A DNA stretch of 64,000 nucleotides, taken from assembly GCF_004010195.1 (NCBI RefSeq), contig NC_057740.1, positions 40,193,640 to 40,257,639 on the forward strand. The letters are read 5' to 3'. Position numbers and translations under genes: made by a program. The notes beneath the pieces are model-generated. The model was not told where the DNA came from, did no database searches, and was given only the letters and a program-made list of their open reading frames with translations. Every line of letters starts with the position of its first letter. Position 1 is the first letter of the stretch. The stretch is from Chiloscyllium plagiosum. Its lineage: Eukaryota. Of this stretch, positions 1-13,990 are shown one piece after another.

Positions 1-47
1 CATTTTAATTCCAGATTTTGTTGAAATGAATTCAGATTTGAACCCAT

Positions 48-925
48 GGAGTCACACAGCATAGAAACAGACCCTTTGATCCAACTCGTCCATGCCAATT
101 GAGTTTTTTAAATTAAACTGGTCCCACTTGCCTGTGTTTGGCCCATTTCTCTCTAAGTTTTTCTGATTTATGTACCTAGCCACTATCTCTGAACAAGTTG
201 TCCCTCAAGTCCCTTTTAAATCTTTTTCCTCTCATCTTAAAAATATGCCCTCTAGTTTAGAAACTTCATACCTTAGAGGAAAGACCTTTGTCATTCGCCT
301 TATCTATCCCCCTAATGATTTTAAAAACCTTTATAAGGTCACCCCTCAATCTCCTCCACTCCAGTGAAAGAAGACCCAGCTTTTTCAGCCTTTCTTTATA
401 ACTCAAACCCTCTAGTCCTGGCACCATCCTTGTAAATCTTTTTCTGAACCTGCTCCAGTTTGATTCTTTACTTCCTACTGCAGGGTGACCAGAACTGTAC
501 AAAGTAATTCAAAAGTGACCTCACCAACATTCTGTACAACTGCAACTTGAAGTCCCAACTCCTATGGCATGAACTCAATGGTATGAACAATGAAGGCAAG
601 TGTGCTAAACGCCTTCTTAATCACCCTGTCTACCGGTAATGCAACTTTCAAAGGACTATGTATCTGAATCACTCTGGTCAACAACACTGTCCCAAGCCCT
701 GCCATTAACTGTATAAGTCCTGCCCTTGTTTATTTTACCAAAACGCAATACCTTGCATTTATCCAAATTAAACTACATCTACTCTTCAGCCAATTGGCCC
801 AATTGATCAAAATCCCTTTGTAATCTTAGAAAAGCTTCTTCACTATCCACTATTACCACCAATTTTGGTATCACCTGCAAAATTACTCACCATGCCTCTG
901 AAATTCTCATCCAAATTGTTTATAT
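48..925 (-). mobile_element. CR1-type LINE 3' fragment, degenerate, inserted into a SacSINE1-like SINE remnant (1-47 and about 926-1005)
   Basis: Minus-strand translation RFTRMVPGLEGLSYKERLKKLGLLSLEWRRLRGDLIKVFKI is the CR1 ORF2 C-terminus. The CR1 3' UTR matches other copies in the window (e.g. 48440-48790). Boundaries approximate. Confidence 0.85.
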
Positions 926-1086
926 CAACCCATGTCCCCAAAACATTAGCCAGTGGTTCTAGATTACATGCCCAGTGTCTAATGACTAGGCTACCATCTC
1001 CTTGGCGACCCTCACTGGACCATGTTCCGACAGTGTTCCATAACCTTTTAGAGGAGACTTTTCCTGATATTCAATAAAATGGGTGA

Positions 1087-2095
<1,009 letters not shown>

Positions 2096-2442
2096 TACTG
2101 TACCAATGTGTATTTAAATAATACTTGTTAATTTTTTTATTTAATGTTGTCATGTGCCCTCTGTATTGAGGGATTGATACTCTGTTGCTTTGGAGGATAA
2201 AGTTTGTTTAATTTGTGAGAGGAGAGAATTCAAACCGACCAGTGACTAGCTCAGTTTCCAGGATAATTGTCTCTCTGGGGCTGGAATATGAAATATCTAC
2301 TCCAACAACAATCCAAGTGACTTTGGAGGATGATAGAGGTCTCTGGGCCAGAGCCTGTACTACATGCAGATAGCTGTCTCCATGCTGCATAGGTATGAAG
2401 GAGATACTGGTGGAGAAATAAAAACATTCCTCTATTTTACAG

Positions 2443-2529
2443 GAGATTGAGCAGCGGATACTGCAACAGACATCATCAACTGTACAGAGCAAGCAGGACT
2501 CTGCAGTACAGCACCACACGTTGAAACAG
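2443..2529 (+). CDS. GATAD2A: GATAD2A exon
   Basis: tttacag|GAG...CAG|gtatgg, 87 nt, phase 0/0. EIEQRILQQTSSTVQSKQDSAVQHHTLKQ continues QQEQ-EIEQR in frame from the previous exon. Confidence 0.95.
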
Positions 2530-2634
2530 GTATGGAAGACAAGTAAAAGCAGAGTACTGTGAGTGTTGGAGATCTCAAATAAATGCAAAGTGCTGGAGAA
2601 GCTTGGCAGGTCTGAGTGTACTCTAGGAAAGAGA

Positions 2635-3612
2635 CACAAAAAACTGCAGATGCAGGAATCCAAAGTAGACAGGGAGGAAACTGGAAGAGCACAGCAAACC
2701 AGGCAGCATCAGATGGTGCAGAAGTTGATGTTTTGGGTGTAACCCTTCTTTGGGACTGGGGTGGGTGTGGGGTGAGCTGCAGATAAAAGGGGAGGTGGGG
2801 GATAGGTGAAGGGTACAACCTGATTGGTCAGTGGGAGGATTGAATCCAATTGGTAGAAGGGAGTAGGGGGATGGGAAGGGAGGTCATTTGAAATTGGAGA
2901 TTTCAATGTTGAGTCCTCCAGGCTGTAGGCTGCCCAGGCAGAAGGTAAGGTGATATTTCTCCAAGGACCTGGGTTCATCCAAGGACTGTCCATCCAGGGC
3001 CCCAAACAGTCTTTCCAGGTGCAACAAAGGTTCATTTGTCTCCCTTCCAACCTAGTTTACTGCATCAGGTGCTGCTGATGTGGCCTTCTCGACATCAGGG
3101 AGACCAAACAGAAACTTGGGGAACTCAACGAGCATCGCAGCTGGGTCCATTAGGGCGACCGGACATCCCAGTCACCCCTCGTTTCAATTCCCCCAACTAC
3201 TCACTTTCTGAGATGACCATCCTTGGCCACCTCCGTTGCCAAAACAAACCACAGCTCCTATTGGAGGAACAATGCCTTACCTTCCACCTGGACACCCTAC
3301 AGCCCAGAGTACTCAACACTCAGTTCTCCGCTTTCAAATAACCTCCCTTCCCAGCCCCTCCCCCTCCCTTCCACTGCTCCCTGACACCAACTGGATTCAT
3401 TCCTCCCACTGGCCAACTAGGTCATACCCTGTACATGTCCTCACCTATCCCCACTTCACCACTCTGCCCCCGCCACCCTCTTTATCTGCAGCTCCCCCCA
3501 CACCCACCCCCAGTCCTGAAGAAGGGTTACACCCAAAATGTCGACTTCTCCATTTCCTGACGCTGCCTGGCTTGCTGTGTTCTTCCAGTCTCCTACCTGT
3601 CTATTCTTGGAG
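2635..3612 (+). mobile_element. Penelope-like retroelement remnant (GIY-YIG endonuclease region plus pLTR) with an inverted pLTR copy at its 5' side
   Basis: 3001-3120 translates PKQSFQVQQRFICLPSNLVYCIRCC*CGLLDIRETKQKLG, a decayed GIY-YIG region. About 2660-2965 is the reverse complement of about 3260-3610. Hammerhead-like motif at 3512-3546. Confidence 0.85.
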
Positions 3613-4389
3613 AGAGAAGCAGAGTTAACTGTGGCAGTCATATTGGATTCAAAATTTCATCTTTTTCTTTCTACATTGGTACCGCAAGACCTGAGTTTTT
3701 CCTGATTTTATTTTGATTATAGTGGACAAGAGTGTCACAAAATTAACTTCTTAAATCAGCAAGCACTGAATTGCGAACCTGTCTCCTGGATTAGTTTGCC
3801 TGTCCCAATTCTGGCTTCTTGCAGCAATTGCTTGTGCTCACAGCAAATGAGGTATTTTTTCAATGGAGGTGTCCACGCTGTGTGTGGGCAAACTTGAACA
3901 TAGCATGGATGCAGTGAACGTGTTAGCATGTTGCAGGATTAACAAGTGCCCCTTTCTCTTCTGCATTCCACATTAACTCCTCTGAATGCTCTGCAAGGTA
4001 GAAAAATGCCTTGCAGACAGGCCACCTATGAAAGGTTGCAGCAGAAATATAAATGTTTTGCAGGATAAAATTCATACAAACGTAAAATTCAATTGAGTGG
4101 TATATTGCTTGACTTTGACCAATTTGTTGAATAGATTCCTGAGTTCAGAGTAACTGAAGTTTTTAATAATTGTGAAGTTCCTTCAACTATAACCCTGATT
4201 GCCAAATGGAGACTGGAAGGAGCTAGAACCAGCCTTTACTTGGAATCAATTTGTTCAGAGTGAAATGTTACGGGTGTGTTCTTCATCAAAGAATCCAGGT
4301 CCTGTGAGTGTCTCTTTGTGTGCTTAAAGAATCAAAACAACTAAATTAATTCATTGCTGGTTGGCAAGAGGTCTCTTTATGAACACAAG

Positions 4390-4770
4390 TTAGACCTTTA
4401 TTCATTGGAATTTAGAAAAATGTGGAGTCATCTTGCTGCAGCATTAGGAATTCTGAGGGGGCTCGACAGTGCAGTTGAGAAGTTAGTTTGACGAGTGGGG
4501 AAGTCTTGATTTGGGGAACTTAGGTACAGAATATGAGGACATTCTTCTCCTTGTAAAGGAACTACTTCTGGAGGCTAATAAATTTCTGGAAGTCTCCAGC
4601 CCAGAGATTTGTGGAGGCTGGATCACTGAAGGTATTTAAGGAGGTGGTGGTTAAATTGTTGAAACATCAGGGAACCAAGGCATTAGCACAAACGAGTAGT
4701 TGAGGACTAGGGTGGATCAGCCATGTTCTTGTACAGTAGTGGGCAGATTGAGCTGAATGGCTTTTCTTAA
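4390..4770 (+). mobile_element. Old CR1 3' fragment
   Basis: Degenerate similarity to the CR1 3' ends elsewhere in the window; ends in the gctgaatggc-type terminal motif. Confidence 0.6.
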
Positions 4771-4969
4771 TGTGTTCAAGTGACCGCCCAGTGCTCTTCT
4801 CCTGTATATATTTGACCTCAATTGATACAGTTAACAACTCAGTTCCTGAATTGAGATATGGGTAACAGGACTGTTTCAAATCTCCAGTTTTGATATAGAG
4901 CTAAGTGGTTGAAATAAACGCCCTGAAGATATTGTGAGCTAATATGCTTGTTAGAGGCATTCACCTCCC

Positions 4970-5490
4970 ATTTTAATCCATATCATTTTTATATAACAAA
5001 ACATTAAAGGTCCCAGTACCGACCCTCGTGGCACACTATGGGACACTGGCCTTCAGTCACTCAAACACCCTTCCGTTCTTTATGTCCTAACATTAAGCCA
5101 GTTTCTGATTCATCTCGCCAAGTTTCCCTCAATTCCAAGTGCTTTAACCTTTTCAATCAGTCTCCCATGTGGGATCTTGTCAAAAGTTTTGCTAAAATCC
5201 ATATAAATGACATCAATTGAACTTCCCTTATTCACACAATTGGTCACATTTTGAAAACATTATAACAAATTTGTCTGGCATGACCTCCCTCTGACAAAGC
5301 CATGCTGAACCCATGCCTTTCCAACTGAGTATTAATTTGTTCCTTCAGAATTCTCTCCAATAGTTTCCCTACAACTGATGTGAAACCAGAATTTCCTGGT
5401 TCACCTCTATCACCCTGCTTAAAAAGTGGAACCACATTACATGTCCTCCAATCTGCTGGCACCTGACCCCAGCCAGAGAGGAATTAAACT
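4970..5490 (-). mobile_element. CR1 ORF2 (RT) internal fragment, degenerate
   Basis: Minus ORF PADWRTCNVVPLFKQGDRGEPGN...TSVVGKLLERILK resembles CR1 RT N-terminal motifs. Confidence 0.8.
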
Positions 5491-5929
5491 TCACTGACTC
5501 ATTAACAGGCAGAAAGATTAGATTGGGGTGATGGAAGTTTAGAACTCACTCACTGAAAGTGTGGGAGAGGCAGAAATGCTCATCACATTTACAAAGTATG
5601 TGCACATTCACTCCAAGTGCTGAATCATAAAGTCTATGGACTGAGAGCTGGAAAGTGGAATTAAGGTGGATAGCTGTTTTGGCCAGCATAGATGGGGCAA
5701 GTAAGTGTTGTCCATTTTCTATGTTTCTATGCCTTGCGTGCTGTCTGAAGACTCCAGTGTTGACTGTCTTGCCCTGTTTGTGCTCAGACCTGCCACTATC
5801 TCTGCTGCGTGCCTAATGAGCAAAACCAGGGGAGAGTAAAACTTATTGAGAAGGAAATTGATGAAACATGAAAGCTTCAGAAGGGGTTTAAGCAATTATG
5901 GCTGAACTTAAAAGCAAGCTTTGAATCTT

Positions 5930-6165
5930 TAAAACTGATTTTTCAAGTCTCGAATGATGGCCATGAATCCATTGCTGATTATCAGAAGAACCCATCCTGG
6001 ATCACTGACGCCCTTGAGGGAAGGAAACTGCTGTCCTTCTTTGGTCTGGCCTGTGTGTGACGCCAGACCCACAGCAATGTGGTTAACTCTTAATGGCAAT
6101 TGGGGATGGGCAATAAATGCTGGCCTAGCCAGTGATGTCCACATCCTGTGAGTGAACTTTTAAAA
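5930..6165 (+). mobile_element. SacSINE1/DeuSINE-like SINE, 3' part
   Basis: Contains gggaaggaaactgctgtcc...ggtctggcc...cacagcaatgtggtt...gggatgggcaataaatgctggcctagccagtgatg, shared with the copies at 16218 and 58325. Confidence 0.7.
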
Positions 6166-6585
6166 ATTACTGAGATTTCTTCCCATCCAAGGATCAGAGT
6201 TCATTCAGAATAATTAGGTCTTATCTTTGTCGAAAGAAGCAATGCAGCTGAACACTCTAAAAGACAGACAAGAATTGTAATTTCACGAGGATGAGCTATA
6301 GTTGGAGGTGAGTAATTGCAATTTTTGTGCAGCAAACTAAGTATTATCTTTGATGGTTAGGGCTGATGCAGAGCAAGGGGAGCTTAACTTTGCATCCAGC
6401 CCACCTTGTACTTGACCCGAGAGGTTTTCTACAGGCTGAACCAGTGTGCTCAAATGTGAGAACTCTTCAGTTCCAAAGTTCGTTATCTTTTGAGTACAGA
6501 ATCCGTGTCAAGAAAGTGGATCATGATTGAATTTTAATGTTTCTTTTAGATGTGTAATAACGTGTGGTGAATTTAATTTATCCAG

Positions 6586-6769
6586 AGCTCTGGGCAGCTG
6601 TCTCGAGGGCCACAGTCAATTACAACCAACCCCCGAGGAGTGCTGCACACGTTTAGCCAATCGTCTCAACTGCAAAATGCTGCTCTTGTCAGCAGGCAAA
6701 ATAAGCACACCGAGCGAGCTGGGAGCAAAGGCAACACCACCACCTGGAGGAAGCAGATTAGCAACACAG
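6586..6769 (+). CDS. GATAD2A: GATAD2A penultimate coding exon
   Basis: tccag|AGC...ACA G|gtagaa, 184 nt, phase 0/1. SSGQLSRGPQSITTNPRGVLHTFSQSSQLQNAALVSRQNKHTERAGSKGNTTTWRKQISNT; QLSRG and RGVLHTFS are p66-alpha-type motifs. Confidence 0.93.
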
Positions 6770-7734
6770 GTAGAACAGCAAGATATTCCATTTATTGTGT
6801 CTCTGTCTCTTGCTAGCAGACATTCTCAGTCTGCACATTTACTGTGTAAAACAATATGACAGCTTTCGGCTTTGCTTCAAACTGAGTAGACAGCAGGTTG
6901 CTTGAACCTACCCTGATGTCCAGCATGACCTCTGTGGGGTGGAATGCAACAATTGTTTGCATTTGCAGAGGATCTTCAACATAGTAAAACATCCTAAAGG
7001 AGCTTCCCAGGAGCATTATTAGCCAGAGTTTGAAACTGAACCACCAACAGCTCAAGGAAAGAAAAACGCCATAAAAAGGGCGGAGTGTGACAGAGATGTA
7101 AAGGAATGAAACTGCAGTTTCCAGTTGGTGAGAGCAAAGAAAGTGGGGGATTGACCAGGCCAAAAATTGGAGCAATACCCAAAGTTCTTCAAGTAGAGGA
7201 AGTTACAGTTAGTGAGGGGAACACAAAATTAAATGGGGCTAATATTGACATGGAGGGAAACGCTGAGAATGCTGGAAATCAGTGAAGTCCTAGTCTGGCA
7301 ACGCACAGTGAAGTATTAATTAATTAATCATCCAGACTGACTCCCAATACTGAGGAGACAGAATCATCAGCTCTGTTTAAGCTAATTGTAGCGACTTGGC
7401 TGGTGTTGAATTCCGTGCTGCATCAGCATGTGTATTCTTTGTCAGTGTCCCTATAATTTGCTGTCTCTTGCTTCTCCCTCCTTGTATCCACTGCTCCCTG
7501 CTGCTGCTGTTTCCTAATCTTTTTGTCTGATCAAGTCTCAGTATATTTTGTTCCTTTCCTGGAGTAATTTATTTTTCTTGTGATTTTGCATGTTTTTAAT
7601 GATAATTTCACTGCTGTCTGTTTTTAATGTATTAAGGATACATGTCCAAGCTGTGTTGTGTTCTGTGGGACAGGTTTTCTTTGCATTTCCCCAGCTTGAT
7701 CTTAATGTAACCATAAGCCTTGTATTTCATCAAA

Positions 7735-8032
7735 TTCCTACAGTATGGAAACAGACCATTCAATCCAACAAGTCCACACTGACCCTCCAAACACCATCCC
7801 ACCCAGACTCACCCCACTACCCTATCCCTGCATTCCCCATGGCTAACCCACCTAGCCTACACATCTCTAGGCACTAACATGGACAATCCACCTAGCCTGT
7901 GTGAGGAAACCCATGTAGACACAGGGATAATGTGCAAACTCCACACTGACCATTACCCAAAGTTGGAATTGAACCCAGGTCCCAGGCACTGTTAAGGCAG
8001 CAGCAGTAAGCACCGAACCACTATGCTGCCCC
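7735..8032 (-). mobile_element. HE1-like V-SINE (tRNA-derived head)
   Basis: Minus strand shows a box-A/box-B-like head (ggttcaattcc) followed by a V-domain-like gtgtggagtttgcacatt...gggtttcctc and a CR1-like tail. Confidence 0.8.
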
Positions 8033-8679
8033 ATTTCTGGATGCTGTTTACTCAAGTTTGTAGTATGAGTTATCTGAGGGAAATGAGTGTGGTGAAGAGT
8101 AGCATGCTGTGTGCTATACTTCATAAAGGCCTGTATGGAACATTGCTGGAGAGGTTGTCAAACATAACTAAATACTTACTTTCTTTCAAAACAATCATGC
8201 ATTGCCCAATTTGGATTAAAATTAAATTTAACAAGATTCCCAGAAAGTTGCTTTACAGATCCTCCAATCCGTTGCAATACATCTCCCAGCATTTATTTCC
8301 GTGAGTATTCCCTCTCTCAGGTCTGAGAAATGATACAGCAAGTATCATTATATCGTAGCTGTCATGCATTTTAAATTATTTAATTTGGTGCAGGTAACTG
8401 CTTCATAATCTAATCTAGAGTGCTTCAGAAAATGTGCATTGAGCACAAGCTAGAGTTGAATTTGACTTTGAGACCTGAAAAGATGAAAGCATTTGTTATG
8501 GTCAAGATTGATAGTTGATGGGAAACAAGGTAATGGTGGAGTGGGGATTGGTAACTCCAGTATGCTAGCTTCCAGTCAGACATGCACAATTTGGGATCAG
8601 CTCATCAGATTCTGTCAATAATTCTGAAAATATTGTTTGTTTTGGTGCAGTGAGTAAGTTTTGCTACTTTCAATTTTAG

Positions 8680-8813
8680 GGGTTACAATGGCATACGTTA
8701 GCCCGAATCTTTCGATGCACAAGACAACTTCAGCCGTGGAACGTCAGCGCGAGTACCTGCTGGACATGATCCCTTCACGATCTATCAGCCAGTCGGCCAC
8801 CACATGGAAATAA
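8680..8813 (+). CDS. GATAD2A: GATAD2A last coding exon
   Basis: ttttag|GG at 8680, phase 1. [44 protein letters not shown] then TAA at 8811-8813. [11 protein letters not shown] plus a terminal TWK indicates GATAD2A rather than GATAD2B. Confidence 0.96.
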
Positions 8814-11800
8814 ATTGGGATGGGGGTTGGGGGGAGGGAGAGGGAGGGAGGGAAATAGCTCCAAGAGACAACCGCCAAAACCTTGCACCCCTCTTTACTG
8901 CTAACATGCAGTCCAACAGTCAGAGAGGTGTGGGGCCCGCGTCAACCCAGCAACCCAGCCATTTTCCCATAGCTCTGTTCAGATGAAATCTGGATTTCTT
9001 TGCCTTTTGGACACTTCTTACACAATGTATAAGGAAAATTACAACATGTGACTATTAGGAATGAGTATTCATTTTGTTGGATTATAATGAAAATTGTATG
9101 GGGAAATGAGAATTTTTTTTACTTGCTCTTTCTCAGTGTGTGTGCGTGCGTGCGTATGAGAGTGCGTGCCTGTATGTATAAATGAGTGTGAGCCTGTGTG
9201 AGCGTGTGCCATTGTTTCTCGCCTTCATAGTATAAAGGACTGCACCATAGTTCTCAAGTTCTACATTAGCTGTATAGTTTTGTTTAGGGGTTTTCTCTTT
9301 CTTTATCATGTCCGCAAACATACTAACAGTGTCAATCATTCTGAGGGTTGAAGTTGAGAAGAGGACTTTTGAGTCAGTTACAGTTGTGACAATTTGGAGC
9401 GTTGCATTTTTAAGAACAGATTTGAGATGCAGACTGGGCAATGTTGAAGGATCACAAACTAGTGTTGTCCAAAGCATGAGGACTCTACCTACGATGATAT
9501 ATGTTTGTAGCTTCTACTCTTCCATTCCTAAAATGTTTTTGTTTAATTGCTTTGAAGCAAACAGTGATTTCTCTGCAGATTCCAACGCCCCTCTGCGCCT
9601 TGCCCACTTGCAACCCAAGCTTTAAATGGGGGTTTCCTTTTACAGCAAAAATTAAAGTTTGGCTGAAAAAAGTAAGTGGCTATGCACAACGTTGTTAGAG
9701 GATGTGCAATGATGCTGATGATTTCCAGTGTGTGTTTCCTGGCTGTCCCATAACTCACTTTCCATCAGTAATAGTAATCAAGTAATTCCTCCTGCCCTTT
9801 CACAAACCCCAACAAATGCACATTGAACGTAAGTCAATTTGCAAGCAGCATATTTTACACTGGGAATAGACGGGTAACCTAAGACACGGGTCATTTTCTA
9901 TTGCTTTGAGTGGAGAACTTATTTCAACAAGGGTTTTGTGTGTTTTTATTTGCAAGTTCAACATGAAGTTACTCACTGGTGAGCAAGCTACCCTTGAATG
10001 CCATTTCCATTCAAGTCAGGGATATGACCTCAGCACTGACATTCCTTCACTTTGCTGAAGAGACTTCAGGAAGGGAGGGTTTTTTTTTCTGCTCTCTTTC
10101 TCCCCCACCACCTTTGTTGTGGGTCTACTGCTGTTTGGAAACCTCCACATTGGAGTACTTGATTAATTACCCCATTAGTATCAATCTTATGGCAGATCTA
10201 GCTCCCATGCTCCTGATGCTGGATTTTTTTTTATGTGCCTGGATCTCTGTTCCATAATTATTAGAGGGTTGGGGATAGATTTTTCTCTTATATGCATACA
10301 TTGAACCTCACTACAGGATGGTGCTCTTGCATTTTACTCCCAGTCTATTTGAGAGAGGTGTCCTTACCTGAATGCTGCAGTGCTGTAGTCGAAGATAAGC
10401 CATGCATTTATGTTTGGAAAGGGGCAGGCAGGCAGACAGAAGTGGGTTGAAGCGATTTGATCATGGGCACGTTGCTGCTTGAAGCTAGAGCTGGGAAGAG
10501 ATAGACGTGATAAAAAAAGCACAAACATCCACAGTGTTAAACTGTGCCCAAGCAAGTACATGTTCTGTTTTGAACTCTGAGAAACTGGAATTGGCACTGT
10601 TATTTTTAACTCATTTGCTTCACCTTCCAGTGCGAATAATTTCCTCCTTCATTTAGGGAGATTTTTATTTCCCCTCCTTTTTTGTTATTTAATTAGCCAT
10701 TTGGAAGCCATTAAAAAGATTTTGCCAGTTATCTCTGTTTTTCTCCTGTAAACCTTAAGGGCTCTCTTGAGCAAGAAATTTAATATCACCAGAGTAATAT
10801 TGTTGAGTGGAGTTGGATCATTGCAAAGTGTGACGTTGTAATTTTCAGAGATCCCGATATTTACGTCTGATCAGATCCCCATCGTGGAAATGGGTCAAAA
10901 GAGAATGTTTCCAATTTAATAATGTGCATAAAGGTAAGAGCTTATGCACTATAAGGGACAACAGAGACTTAGTGAGTGTACCAGTATGCCATAGAACAGT
11001 ATTTACCAGTTCAGTCTTTGTTGATCTCATCAGATGAGGGCACTAAGAAGTGTGTGGAAGTGCTTCCCTCTGCCTTTCTGTCCCTTAAGTTTGGAAAAAA
11101 GTTTACCAAAGTTCATGCTGCTGCTGGTCATCAAGTGACTCCAATTTGGAAGTCCATTTACATGTATGGAAGAGGGTAGTGGGATTTGTATGGATCCAAG
11201 TCCCAGTGAAAGGGGGCAATGAGGAGGCTTTCACACTGGTCACTGCTCCAGATTGTCTCCTGTATACTGTTTCTGTGTTACTACCAAAAGAATTAATCCC
11301 CCTCTTTTTAAAAGAAGCAGTTGCCTGGATATATTGACAAGTGTCTTTCAGTATGTGTTTTTTTTCGTTTGGAATGACGTGGGGGCTGCTGGAAGGATGG
11401 GTGGATTGCTGGCAAATTAATCGGTTTTGTAACATATTGGGTGGAGCTGGGTAATTGAAAGTTATCTCGGAGACTCAGGTTCTCTGTTGCAATGTACATA
11501 ACTGAAGTTATTTTTTTGTTGTAGAAGTTTGAGTTTGTTGCGATCTTTATTGGATCTTTCCGCAGGTTGACGTTCACTATTCAGGGTGGATTGTAGACTT
11601 GGAGTCGGAGCAGAAAATGGCCCCGACTCAAATCCACCTGGAGGTTGGGTTAGACTGTGTGACGGCTTTTTAAAAAAAATTGTCCCCAATTCTCTCTCCC
11701 TTTTCTGTCCTCACTGCCCAGCCTGCTTTCTAGGTAGAGTTGAGCTCTGCTGACTCTGCTCATGGCCCATTAAACAATAGAAGAGGCACTTCTGTCCTTG

Positions 11801-12425
11801 AGTTGGTTCCATTGTCCTCGCTCCACTTCCTCCTCTAGCTGTTTACATTCTGAAATTGGTTGCATCCTACTTGTTTTGAAGAACCAAGCCCAATGTATTA
11901 AGTTTATGTAATGCTTTATAAATGGCAAACTGTGTGCCCTGTACCTTTTGCTCTTTCTCTTTCATGGGTAATCCCTTAAGTCTAGGATTGAGAACTCGAG
12001 AATAGAAGGCAAAAATGTGCTTCACGATGGAGTGGGTTGATAACTTCAACTTGTCCACCATCCCATATTGGGACCCCCCTCTTCCTGCTCCCCTTTTCCC
12101 CTGTCTGGGACAGAAAGGGAGGGAGATGCAGGTGCAAGGCTGTGATCTCTGGAACCTGGGTTCAGATTGAACCCCACTTGGGATGGAAGTTGTCTCTTGT
12201 CCAGCAACTCGTGTTAATTTGGGGGCATGCTCAATCCATGTAGTTCCCTGTGGGAATAGGCCTCCTCACACATGTTTGGGCCATCTGGTCAGGTAAGGTC
12301 ATTGTCTTTTGTTTTTGGTTTTATAGGGAGAGGGACAGGTAACCATGTTTGACAATACTTTTATATTTTGAAAGAAATGTAGATCGTTGTGCCTCTTTTG
12401 AACGATCAGTAACAAATTGATACCA

Positions 12426-12431
12426 AATAAA
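12426..12431 (+). terminator. Candidate poly(A) signal (proximal)
   Basis: AATAAA preceded by U-rich sequence. Confidence 0.5.
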
Positions 12432-12980
12432 GTGCCCAGCTTCACTGCAACAGCAAGCGTTTGGGTTGCAGGCTGATCAGAAACCTATAACATCCATCTT
12501 CCTCCTCATGCCCATTCCAACTCTCTCCTCCCTTTCCTTCCGCAAAATTAGTTGTTGAAGCAAAGGGGAGGGGGAGCAGGAGCAGAGCAACTGACAGTTT
12601 ATAGAATGAATGCAAACATCCCAGAAACCTCAAGCACATATTGTCTGAAAGCAGAAACAGTTTTCACGTGGGAGCAACTGTATACATGGAAATTACTGCA
12701 GATTTCACAGAAAACCTGCGCCATGCAAAAGGACTTTTATCTCCACTTTGTATTGTCAGCAAATTATATTCCAGCTGACTGAAGTCACAAGAGTTGATGC
12801 AGACCTATTGGTTACCTTCTGGACCTTCCATTTACTGTGACTATAGCCTTTACTAGAAAAATTTCAAAGATATTGCTCGAGATGCCCGTTCCCACTGAAG
12901 CTCTGCTGGGAAATTTAAATCCATGCTTGAAATGGATATTGTATATTGTAATGTGAGGGATTTTTAGCATTTGAATGACA

Positions 12981-12986
12981 AATAAA
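12981..12986 (+). terminator. Candidate poly(A) signal (distal)
   Basis: AATAAA followed by a GU/U-rich tract at about 13023-13050 (gttatggtgtttgttttattctttttgt). Confidence 0.55.
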
Positions 12987-13675
12987 CAGGACAAACAACA
13001 TTGTGGCACCACTGTCTGTTCCGTTATGGTGTTTGTTTTATTCTTTTTGTACACAATATGAGGATATCAGCGATGAATGAAGATGCTCCCATTTTCAACA
13101 CTTGGCATCAAGTACACTCAGGTAAGCTGCACTTTAGGTGCATAAAGTAAAATTCACTTGAAGTGTCTGATCAGAATCTCCTTATAAAGCTAAATGCAGA
13201 ATAAAACTCACTTTGCACTGGTCCCATAAAATGATTCCAGGGTTGAAGCAGGGTGAAACTTGTTCAACCCTGATGAGGCTGGCTCTGGTATCCAACAGGT
13301 TTCATTGAGGTTATTAAAAGGTGGAGGGCTATGCAGGGGTTTGCTGGATGCCGGAGACAATGATGGGGGTGAGAATTATGTGGAATGAGGTTTCTGAAAA
13401 AGGAAGCCATTAAAGAAAAATTAAGACATTAAAGTATGAAGCCTTGAGGGAGAACTAGCTAACAATCAGCATAGACAGAAGCTGTTTGGTTCTGAACTTT
13501 TTGAAGATTTTACCCTTCTATCGTGTCCACCTCTTGGTGCTGAGCAGTTAGGCCTTTGCAATCTCATGCGGGCACCTGTCATTTTGGTCATTGTGGAGCA
13601 CTAAAGAATGCTGCTTAAATCTTCCATGTAAAAATTGTTTGCAATGCTGTGTAATCTGTAACAGGGCCGTTAAAT

Positions 13676-13990
13676 AGTCATTGAGTCATACAGCACTGAA
13701 ACAGGCCCTTCAGTCCAACCAGTCTGCACCAACCATGTTCCCAAGGTAAACTAGTCCCACCTGCCTACTCTCGGTCCATATCCCTCCAAACCTTTCCTAT
13801 TCATGTACTTATCCAAATGTCTTTTGTGTGTTGTAACTGTACCTGCTTCTACCACTTCCTCACAAAAGTTCATTTCACACACAAACATTCTCTGTTCAAA
13901 AAGTTGCCCCGAGTCTTGAAATCCCTCACCCTAGGGAAAAAACACCTGCAAATATTTACCTTATCTATACCCCTCATGCTTTTCATAAAC
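13676..13990 (-). mobile_element. CR1 3' fragment
   Basis: gtcattgagtcatacagc tail plus 3' UTR similar to the other CR1 copies. Confidence 0.8.

Larger units (their letters stand above)
8814..13010 (+). other. GATAD2A: Probable long GATAD2A 3' UTR
   Basis: About 4.2 kb with no recognisable TE in an otherwise TE-dense window; U-rich; ends near two AATAAA hexamers. The extent is inferred. Confidence 0.65.

Noticed and set aside
7990-8032. tRNA-like box A/B sequences (also near 16260, 34680 and 58610)
   Set aside because: They are heads of tRNA-derived SINEs, continuing into SINE bodies, with no complete cloverleaf.
13236-13310. Hairpin (cagggttgaa/ttcaaccctg) next to CTGATGAG, hammerhead-like
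   Set aside because: There is no stem II plus GAAA downstream and no valid NUH/helix arrangement in any topology.
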